Shown here piece after piece: positions 26,126 to 36,623 of a stretch of DNA of 64,000 nucleotides. The stretch is from Paramecium tetraurelia. Lineage: Eukaryota. The stretch is taken from the NCBI GenBank assembly GCA_000165425.1, contig CT868330.1, positions 186,001 to 250,000 of the forward strand, read 5' to 3'. Below the pieces are notes generated by a model. It was not told the origin of the DNA. It saw only the letters and a program-made list of their open reading frames with translations, and made no database searches. Position numbers and translations under genes: made by a program. Position 1 is the first letter of the stretch. Every line of letters starts with the position of its first letter.

Positions 26126-26746
26126 TCAAACATTTTTCATACAGTTCCCAATTATTGAAGTGAAAGTTAAAAACAAATCTTAAATCTTCTATTTAGCTTC
26201 AGGAAATAGAACACTATTTTCAATAAGAGCTGTCATTCTTTATTCCTCTGGCCAGATTTTAATAATTTTCCTTCCCATCACTCTTTTCTCCTTGTCCTTA
26301 ATTGCAAGTTCTTCTTCAATTTCCCTTGGTACCATTGAAGCTTCCGAATCTTTAAGACTTTTATAGTAGCGATTCTTAAGCATGTTCATGGTTTTCCCAG
26401 GGAAATACTTAGTAATCTTTTGGAATTTAGGACCTAATTTTTTGACCAATAACAAAAGGATTCTATCTTCTTCTGGTGAGAAAATTGAATTTGAGACTTT
26501 AAGCTTAGAATCCAGATAGCTTCTTTGTTTTTCTTTAATGTATTTATATATGGCACTACTTCTATCCTTATCACCATAGAGAATCGGCTTTCTTCTTTAT
26601 CTAGATTATTTAGGCTTAAATTTAGGGAAATTTAGAGATGTTTCTGAATTTTGAGCAGCCTAGTTGATTAATTATAAGGATTCAGTATATCTTAAGCACT
26701 CATCTATAATAGAAGAATCCTGACGATGTTGTTCAAGGCAAATCAT
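26126..26746 (-). CDS. Single-repeat Myb/SANT-like protein, paralog A
   Basis: Intronless 206 aa; FSPEEDRILLLLVKKLGPKFQKITKYFPGKTMNMLKNRYY. Confidence 0.88.
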
Positions 26747-27699
26747 TTAATTTAATTATTAAAAAAAATGAGAAAATATCTTAATTTATATAGTACTAAA
26801 TAATACTTTTTGTTTTAAACATTTTATAGCATCCATATTTTGCCATTTTCTTAATTTAGGTTGAAGTCTTTTTCAAAATTTCCTTTTTTTATATTTAAAA
26901 ATTACTAGAGCTTGCATTTATTATAAATTTTTTAATGAGAAGTGTTTTTACAAGAAAATCACTTTCTAGTGCTTAGTATTTCATTTTATTAAATAAACAA
27001 AATGATCTCAGTATAAATCGCTTACAGTTTAATTCTCATCAAAATTAATCGATTATTTGAAGATTTTGAATCATATGAATAAATCAGTATATAAAATTAA
27101 TTAAGAAATAGTTGTAAGTATTAGAAATCAGAGAGTAATACTATTAAAAATCTGCTTAAGAATTAGTAAATATTTAGATTTAACCTAAACAGTTGGTAAA
27201 ATAAAAATTTTAAAACATTAGTAAAATTGTTAAACAGAATAGTTACTCTGAAACTTTAAGGTTTGAAATTCTATCGAACTGTTTAATTTCGCTTAGTCTG
27301 ATAAGAAAAATGATTGAGGATGAAAATATTACTTTATTATATAACAATTTATTATTGTAAATGTCAAAATAATCATTTTAAAAATCATCTAGTTTATATA
27401 ACTTACTACCAATTTTTGTGATCATATTTTAAAAAATAATTTTGAAGAATTAAGTGAATAGTCTCACTTGATAAATTTATTTTGTAATTTTAACAAATTT
27501 TATTTTGTTGGGTAATGAAGAATTTATTTAAAAACATTCTTTATGCCAACAAATAATCAAAGATTTCTAAATACTTGAATTTATATTATTGAAGTTTTAA
27601 ATGTCTTCTAGACATCCTGAAAATTATTTATAGAATTCTACATATAATCTTGATTTTATTAATGCTGTTAATAATGTTTTTATAAATATGTGGATAGAA

Positions 27700-28308
27700 T
27701 CATTTTTATTTTTTGCAGTTGCTAATTAACTGTTAGAAAGAGGATAAAAAAGTATGCAATATTTCTTTGGCTTCAGGGAAGAGAGGGCTGCCTTCTATTA
27801 CTAAGCTCATTTATTTTTGTTCGGGCCACAAGTTCAATATTTTCCGACCAATAATTCTGGATTAATTATTGTTTGAAAACAACTCATCCCCCACTTCTTT
27901 TGGAATTTCTTAAGATTCAATATGACGAAGGGACTTATAATATCTGTTTTTAATCATATTGACTGTTTTTCCTGAGAAATACCTCGTGATTTTGTTGAAT
28001 TTAGGTCCTAGCTTTTTTACAAGCAAAATTAGGATTCTGTCTTCTTCGGCTGAAAATTAAGAAATTTAAGCTCTTGGCTTATAATCAAGGAAAGCCATTT
28101 ATTTCTCCTTAATGTATTTATAAATTGCGCTGCTTCGATCTTTTTAACCATATTAGATTGTCTTTCTTCTTTACCTAATATGCTTTGATCTAAAGATTCC
28201 TTCATCTTATTAAGAGATTGATTAAAGATGCTATTCTGTTTAGATAGAGTTTTCCTCTTGACTTAAAGGAAAACTTGAATTAGAAAGCTACGAACTCTCA
28301 GAAATCAT
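27700..28308 (-). CDS. Single-repeat Myb/SANT-like protein, paralog B
   Basis: Intronless 202 aa; FSAEEDRILILLVKKLGPKFNKITRYFSGKTVNMIKNRYY. Confidence 0.88.
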
Positions 28309-29278
28309 ATTTTAAATTTTATTAATCCAATTCTCCAAGATCTCGTTTTGAACGCATATAAATTAGATACACAATTCTAAATATTTCTGTATTTAATTTA
28401 TGATTAAGTCTATTTTAACAAGAGAATAAACTGTAGATTCATTTATGACATTTATTTACTAGTAATATCAAATACGAAACAATTAAGATATGAAGAATTA
28501 AGGAAATTTGAATCTGACACAATAAACTGAATTTATTAATTTATATTAATTAAGTTGTTTAAAAAGCTATTTTCTCTTTTTTATTTAATAAGAACCATTT
28601 TTTTCGAAAGTCTTTACTGTAGTGAATAAGATATTCAACTAAAATTTACTTAAATTTAACTAAAATAGATAAAATGACAGTATGCAGATAATTCATGAAA
28701 ATTTCATTGAAATTGAATTTGTGAATAAACTTTATCCTTGCCTCTCTCTAATTTTTAGATAACTGTTTTTTGGAGCAATTTATTATTGCTCATTTCTTAT
28801 TAAATGCTACTATTAAATATTTATATTATGTTTGAATATATTTTTATCATATCCTTTTTAATAAACAAATAACAATTAATGCAATCACTTCATATTCTGT
28901 AATTTCAGACCCAATTTTATTATTTGATCTTTCATATAATCATATTCTGTAGATTCTATTAATTGATGTAACACTCTTTCGAGTCACTAAATTGATGTGC
29001 TAGATCAATATAAGATTTAATTTATCTAGAATGTATAATTCATATTGCTAATCTTTTGAATGACAGATAAAATGAATATTTTTAGGGACTTATATTCATC
29101 ATGAAATTCAAATATTTGAAAATATTTTACACAATAATAGCGCTTAAGTAATAAATTTGAGAAAAATGAATGCTTATTCTTAAATATATTTAATATATAT
29201 TCTTATTATAATCAAATCAGAAATTCAATCTTTAAATAATGTGATATTTTATTTAATTTATTATTATTATAATATAAA

Positions 29279-29724
29279 ATGGACTCAGGAGGAGCTAATA
29301 CCTTTGTAGTTGAACCAAAAGATGAAGAAAAGTAAAAATTAAATGAGTTTTGTTTAGATTTTATCCATCAAAGGTTAGAAAAGTTATTTAGGAGATTATG
29401 GATGACAAATTAAAAAGCGAAACTTATGATGCAAACAATACACCTAATCTAGCAGAGGAACTAGTAAAGAGAATCAGAAGCAAAGTTAGAGATTGTACGA
29501 AGATTCAATTTATATGTAGCCATCAAAATGCCAAGATTCAAAATTGCAGTATAGGTAGTAATTGGAGAAGTTAAAGGATAAGGGTGTCAAGTCACATCAA
29601 AGAACCTTTGGGATCCTACTTGGGATAATTACGCTTCTTATATCTTTTAGAATGTAATCTCAATTTAATAATTAAGGAAACAATTTATGGAGTGGCAATT
29701 GTTTTTGGTGTCTATTACGAATGA
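29279..29724 (+). CDS. TCTEX1D2: Tctex1-family dynein light chain (TCTEX1D2/Tctex2b-like)
   Basis: NTFVVEP..FYPSKVRKVIQE..MPRFKIAVQVVIGEVKGQG..LWDPTWDNYAS..VFGVYYE*; three short introns. Confidence 0.85.
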
Positions 29725-29917
29725 GACTTTGAATATTTAAAATTAATTATTATCATATATAAACTCTAAATACAGGATAAGCAAATATACATATTAATTA
29801 TCATCATTTTGTGGTTAAAATTTGTAAAAGGTAATGGAATGAATTATAATTGACACTTTTTATCTAGATATTTTGAGCAATATTAATAGAAAAGAATCAT
29901 AGATATATTCTCGAGAT

Positions 29918-29990
29918 GCCATCTTCGTATAGTGGTTAGTACTTAGCGGTTGTGGCCGCTAAAGCCCAGGTTCAATTCCTGGAGGTGGCA
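29918..29990 (+). tRNA. tRNA-His (GUG), with one extra G in the anticodon arm
   Basis: Acceptor GCCATCT/AGGTGGC, D arm GTATAGTGGTTAGTAC, anticodon arm TAGCG-GTTGTGGC-CGCTA, T arm CCAGG-TTCAATT-CCTGG, discriminator A. Confidence 0.9.
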
Positions 29991-29991
29991 C

Positions 29992-29998
29992 TTTTTTT
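29992..29998 (+). terminator. Pol III terminator (T7) of tRNA-His
   Basis: T-run starts 2 nt after the discriminator. Confidence 0.75.
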
Positions 29999-30312
29999 AT
30001 TTTAGTATTTGTATTCAATAAATTATTATCTGATTAAAATTATGAGTTTATATGCAAATTATTAATATTTATTATTGACAAATAATATTTCATTAATATC
30101 AATATTCATGCAATCCTTCTATTGATACTAAGGATATAAAATAATCATCAGAAAAATGGTAAAAAGGTTGATTCATTAAATGCTTTTTTGTACATTAGAG
30201 CTAAATAAATCTAGAAATTAAATTAATTTATTTAAGGTTAATAAATGGCATTGTATTATAGAGATCATTGAATCTTTAGAAATAATTCATTAATATATAT
30301 AATATTTTAAAA

Positions 30313-30764
30313 ATGCCAAGAAGAAGTGGATCATCCTCAAGATCAACAGCAAGTCCATCAAGAAGCACAGCTACAGCTGCCAGACCAGCCCCTTAAACTT
30401 AAGCTCCACCATAAGCACCAGCAAGATCAGGAGGTATGTTTTCTGGCCTTGGATCAACTTTAATGTAAGGAATGGCCTTTGGTGCAGGATCTGAAGTAGC
30501 TCATTAAGCTATTAGATCAGTCATGGGAGGCTCAGGTATGATTTCTTAGTAATTTAAAAATAGGCCATTCTTAAGCAGCTGAACAACCAGCTTAACAATA
30601 GGCTCCATAATAGCAATAATAAACATGCCAAAGTGAAAGCCAGATGTTTTCAAATGTAAAATTTTATTATTTAAGGCTAGTGCTTACAAACAAACTAAGA
30701 CATCACAAGATGCTAGCCATATATGGATATTTTCAAGGAGTGCTAAAAGAAATACAATTTATGA
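30313..30764 (+). CDS. CHCHD2/CHCHD10 (Mix17)-like mitochondrial twin CX9C protein
   Basis: MPRRSGSSSRS..., GMFSGLGSTLMQGMAFGAGSEVAHQAIRSVMGG, C-terminal CX9C-CX9C. Confidence 0.9.
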
Positions 30765-31008
30765 TGATTAATTATTGCATTAAATAAATAAAACAAAAGA
30801 CCATATTCTTATGTTTAATAATATAGGATAGATTAACCAAATAAAGAGTATTCATTTGCCATTTTTAGAAAATCCAAATTTTATAATTTCTAGAACAAAT
30901 ATTTTAATCTATGAAATTGGTGATTTTATTAAAAGGGAATTAAAAAGGGTTTTCTATGGAGATAGGTAATAATCTAATAAACTTATATCATCATTTTTAT
31001 ATAAAATC

Positions 31009-31637
31009 TCAAAATAATAATAACAATTAAGAAACATCTTAAATATCATTATAATTTAGACTCTATTTTACCAAAGAACACATAAGAAACTGCAACCTTC
31101 AAAATCTGTATTTCGATTATCAATATTGCACTATTTGTAATGTTGAGCACAAAATAAAAGACTTCTATCCCTTAACAATCTGGATTTAGAAATATGGTGG
31201 CCTTATGATCTTCATAGAGTTTTTATAATTGGCTTTTGCCTATATAATTTGATTTGAATCTTTTCATTTTTGCCATATTCTGAAGGGTTATTGTATTGTT
31301 CTCAAGTAACTGGATAATTCTTTAAGCTTGTAATGTAGTGTTTAGATAAATACAAATCTTGATTTTCTTTTTGAATTTTTCACATAAAAGCTATATGAGA
31401 TCCTATTTCAACACAATATGTCTTATTATCCGTATCTGAAACACTTTTATAAACTTTAAATGTAACTTCTATAGCAACTGCATCACAATAATCTATAACC
31501 AATTAGTCTGCATTGCTTGCTTCTTCAATTGCAAGTCAAAACGAAAAACTTAAATCTGCTTATTATTGATAAATACTTTAATTAATTATTAATGTAGCAT
31601 CATTTCTGACACTATATATAAAAATACTATATTTCAT
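31009..31637 (-). pseudogene. Decayed gene of unknown family
   Basis: ATG 31637 frame is protein-like (IEEASNADQLVIDYCDAVAIEVTFKVY) but has in-frame TGAs at 31538, 31382, 31304 and 31214; probable frameshift into KLYEDHKATIFLNPD. Confidence 0.4.
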
Positions 31638-31785
31638 TTTTACTAATTTTTATTATTACATGTGATTCCATGGTTCTATTGATTTTTCAAATTTAATAAG
31701 AGGACACTTAATTTGTTTCTTTTTTGTAATTTTTAGTCATAAAAGAATTAAATTGGATATTTTCATTAATAAATATTTCAAAATC

Positions 31786-32046
31786 ATGGGCGTATGCTCT
31801 TCGAAATCATCAGAAAAAGAATTACAAAAAGCTTTATATCTTCAAAGGTTAAGAGAATTTAAAGCTAAATTTAAATAAAGCACTGCAGAGATTATTCAAT
31901 TCTCCTTAGATTTTAAAAACGATGAAGAAAATGATTTATCTAAAGTAAAGTTTGTCATCTCAGAAAATCCAATAGTAAAAAGAAGAAGCAAACCATAAAA
32001 TGAAATTGGTAATGTTTCACTGACGGCTAAGGAAAATGAAAATTGA
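31786..32046 (+). CDS. Small hypothetical protein with N-terminal acylation motif (MGVCSSK; NPIVKRR motif)
   Basis: Intronless 86 aa code-6 ORF. Confidence 0.7.
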
Positions 32047-32381
32047 ATTATTATAATTTTTATCAAATCTTTTGAGCAGCCCAATATAATCTATTCTTTG
32101 CTATTAACATTAAATGAAAGTTTTCTCTGATTTACTTCATTTACTTACTAAAGAGTAAAAAAAAGATTTCAACATTGAAAAAAAGGAGAGAAATTAAATT
32201 TGCTTAATAAATTTAATAGGGATGGCTCATTTTGTAAAAGAAAGATTTATGAAAATTAGTTTTGAATATAAAAAAATAATTGAATTTTAATTATTAATTA
32301 AATGAAGTGTTGGTTAAAGGATGAACTAATCAGTAATTGAATTTCAATTAGATTGGAAGTAAGTATACCACATGAAATAAT

Positions 32382-32841
32382 TCATTTTGAAGTTATATTT
32401 GCGATAATGAGATCAAATTCCATCCCTTCAAAAACTGTGTCACCCTTGATATCCATCATTGCAATTTTCACATGTAATTTGCAAGGAGTCAATGGAGCCT
32501 TAATTAATAATTTAATGTAGTCTTTTTCTAGAAAAATATTATTAAACTTACACTCTTTTTATAGACTAATAGTTTCTGTTTTCACTTCTATGATATTTGG
32601 CATGCTGGAACATATTTTATAATTAATTGATTCTTCTTTTAGATTCAAATAAAGGATTTTCTTGTTTACAATAGACCCTTTATTAATAGTTAATTCATAG
32701 GTTCTATTTTCAAAAACATATTAAGTTAGTATACTTTACATTGATGTAAGCCCAAGATTTTAAAATGACATCCCATTCCGGATTCTGTAAGTCTAAAATA
32801 GTTGGGATGTTTAAAGTTGCTTTTCTATGTTGTGATCTCAT
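32382..32841 (-). CDS. Small single Ig-like (ASH/NPHP4 C-terminal-type) domain protein
   Basis: Introns of 31 and 24 nt give 134 aa; KTYELTINKGSIVNKKILYLN...YKICSSMPNIIEVKTETISL...DYIKLLI. Confidence 0.6.
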
Positions 32842-32889
32842 TTAAGGAAAGAATATAATTTATTTAATTATTTGACACCTTCTTAATTA

Positions 32890-35884
32890 ATGAACCATTC
32901 TATAGATTATTATAATAAGCAGTAATAAAAGCTATATGAATACATGGTTAGCCTAACTCAGAATGTGACTGGAGTGGAGAAGATAGTAAGTTTAATTGTA
33001 ATTATAGTTTTAAGATTTGATCAAATGTTTGCATGCATTTAGTTAGGAAATAAAAATGGTTGGTGAGAAACTGCATACTTAAATCAGTTGCGGAAATGAA
33101 CCTGATATTTTAGTTTGTTTATATCAATAAGTGAGCAATTACTTATTGAGATTATCATAAAATTGGGAGCTTACAGCTTAGAAGCTAAAAAGTGAAATTG
33201 CAGAACCATACACTCAATTTGTGTTAAATTTTAGATAAACGAATCGAAATTTGAACTCAGAATCAAAAAAACAGGTTACTGAAATATGGGAAACCAGAAA
33301 AGAGTTGTGTAAAACCTAAGATGAATATTGGAAAATAATGAAATAATTTGAATAAAAAAGTTAATAGACACAAGAGATGATAGATTTGATAGAGAAAGGC
33401 AGTGCTACAAGAGAAGATTTTTAGAAATAATTTGCCAGTTCTTTGAAATTGTAGGAATTGGTTGATGAGTCAGAAAAAGATTATAAAAAGTTATTAACAT
33501 TAACAAATGACAAATGGAAATCATTCCATGAAGAATGGGATAACATCTTTGCAAATGTGGGGTTGAATGAATAAAGTAGGTATTCAAAATCAAATTTATA
33601 CTATATAGAATAATGTTTACAAAGTAAACTGTGAGTTCATTATTAAAATTATTACCCTTTGATAAAGATTTAACTCAAATAGAAGAAAAGGTTACAGATT
33701 TAGAAATTAAATTGAAAGAGGATCCTAAAATACCAATACGTAAATTAATAGAAAAAAAAATGGAAATCAAAGATAGTAGGCATTAAGTAATATAATTAGC
33801 ATTTAAGTTTTAATTTGAGGAATTCATTAGCTATGAGTAGTGGAAGAAGATAAACATCAATTCAGAATATAGTGTTCCGATTTAACAGATCCAGCCCTCT
33901 TGGTCGATAGTAGGAGACAAAATCTTAGACGATGAGAAGAAAATAGTTGAAAAGTACCTCACTTCGTTGTTTACACTTGATACCACTGATAAAAGTGAGT
34001 TACTTATTAAAATTAAGCAAATTCTTGAAAAATAGTCAGGCAGAAACTACTTTATTAATTAATTAATTCAATTTCATTCGAAATCGATTGAGGAGAAATA
34101 ATCCTGTATATATTAATTATACCTTAGCATTTTATTTGACATTATCAAATGAACAATTTTAGGAGATAACATAATTGATAAGACATTGGTTAAATTACAT
34201 TGATTTGAACAATTTGTATGAATCAGAAGACCTTTATGATTTATTACTTAAATCTATAAGGATAGCCCGAAAAGATGGAAGAGATCGAATCAATCTTGCA
34301 TCTCAATTATCAGATATTACATTATGGAGGAAGATAGAAAAATGGATAGAACTATTTTAGTATATCAATGCGAAGAAAGTAGATGAAAAGCGAAAGCAAG
34401 TTGAATTATTGAAATAATAGAATCAAAATAATATAGTCTAGAAAGGCTTCAAAATGATAGGATCAATTTTTAAGAATTCAGGAACTAACCAACAATCTCA
34501 ATTTGAACTTAATGAGAGTGAGATATGTTACATGATAATGGAAGAAATCAACTTATTTTTGACTTCATTAAAATTACCATCAGATTTATCCACCGAAATC
34601 ATAATACAAATAGCATTTTAATAGCCAAGATTTGATAAAGAACATGTCAAAAAGCTATTAGAGAAACAAGAAGATCTTCATAATACTCAATGGAAAAAAT
34701 TGTTTAAATCAGGGAAGATTGTGTTGACCCAAAAATCAGAAAAGTATGATCGAAAGAACATGGAAGAATATTAAAACAAAGTTGTACAAGTCTGTGGTGC
34801 AGCAATGAAGTAAATATTCAAATGCTATTAGATATTTAACTCTTGATGATTAACCATGGCATTTGCTATTAATAAATAGAAAATTCAACATGCAGTTAAA
34901 AAATAAGATAAAAAAGTTTTATTTAGCTAATGGGCAGATATTTTTTTGTGAACAAACTCATTAATTTAGATTAAAATTAATAGCTTAAGTTTTGAAATTG
35001 GAATAAATGAAAATTGATTATGTTGAAATGAAGACTAAAGTTGGATTAGAAATGGATATCAATTAATTATATGAGGAAACCATTAAGTTGGATGTTCAAA
35101 GAAGTCTACATCTTCACAAGGATAAAATTAATTCTTCTGTACTATAGAGTTTATTAAGAATATATGCATTTTATCATTAAGAAGTTGGATATTGTTAAGG
35201 AATGAATTATATTGCAGGCTATTTGTATTTAAACTTTTAAGATCAAGAAGTTGCATATAAGGCTTTTGATAGAATGATGAATCTCTATTTCAAAGACCTT
35301 TATATTAATGATTTCTCAAAACTTGTATTTACAAATCTTTTATTTATAGAAAATTGGGTTCTATCAATTTGATCGACTACTACAAATATTTTTACCTGAA
35401 TTGTCATAACATCTAAAGGATTAGAAGATAGATCCATCATATTATGTTGCATCTTGGTTCATAACATTGTATTCGAATGTTTTTTAGTATATTTAACGAT
35501 CAGCACTTTTAAATATTATATGGGATATTTTTTTGGCAGAAGAATGGAAAGGTATCTATTTTCTAATATGTAATAGGTTTTTTCAAAACTACATTCTATC
35601 TCCTTTGGTTGTTATAGCAACATTTATTAAATTTGGAGTTTGATGATATTCTGCATTATCTAGGACAGTTGATAAAAAGTGAATTTTTCAATATCGATAA
35701 TGAAAAAGATTTGATTAAATTCATTTAAAAATATGATAACACCCTTAAAGATAATGAATCAATCAAGACAACTATACTGTAGAAATTCAGAATTTCTAAC
35801 AGAATGTTAAGAAGCCTGGATTAGGAATATCATAGCTTTTAAACCAAGTTGAATTTGAAACTGACTTAATGTTTGAAAAAATGA
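32890..35884 (+). CDS. TBC-domain Rab GTPase-activating protein with long N-terminal helical region
   Basis: IKLDVQRS, YAFYHQEVGYCQGMNYIAG, FLPELSQHL, YVASWFITL, IWDIFL. Confidence 0.9.
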
Positions 35885-36017
35885 ATTCATGTACATTTAT
35901 ATTAATGAATATGAAAATTAAAATATAAAAATATATTGGAAATTTTAGTTGCAGTGTTCAATCAAATTATAACCTCATTCCATTTCGCATGATTAATAGA
36001 TCAATTAGATTTGAAAC

Positions 36018-36392
36018 TCATAAGTCATTCTAAATTGGAGGGAAAACTTGCATCAAATTATATGAAGCTTGCATTTACTGTAAAAAGAAATCCAAATTCT
36101 AAAAGAGTTGCATTTAAAATTTTAAAAACCTATATATTTTTTATTGTTAGCTTGATATTGTTAATTTTTGAGTAAGTTAGGTATTATCAGAGGCGATGAT
36201 TTTGTTATTTTTTATATCTAAAGTTCTTTCTATCTCTAAGATGAAATTAAACTAGATTTTTATTTCTTTGGCAGATTCATTTATGGAACTTTCTTCATTT
36301 TATAAATTTGGTAGCATTATTATTCTGTTCTCTTATGGCTGATCTCCATTAATTTGATTTACATCATGTCCTTAAGGGTATCTACATTGCAT
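36018..36392 (-). CDS. Hypothetical protein
   Basis: 124 aa intronless code-6 ORF (MQCRYPQGH...); no recognised domain. Confidence 0.35.
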
Positions 36393-36623
36393 TTAAAATC
36401 AAATAATTTCTAGTTGAAGTATCCTATACTTAAATGATTGTTACTAATTTAATTACTTATTTATAATAAAATAAGAAATAAAATGTATAAATGACTTGAT
36501 CTTCGCAGTTTAATAAACTACAATATGTACTCTGTTAATAATTTAGTGCTATTGTAATAATAATTTTTTAAATGTAAACACTCTCATTTTTATTACTCTT
36601 TCTTATTTAATTAATTATTTTAT

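Noticed and set aside
32321..32360. ATGA...AA...GA pattern resembling a SECIS element
   Set aside because: Helix register does not place a GA opposite the UGA quartet, and there is no upstream selenoprotein-like ORF.
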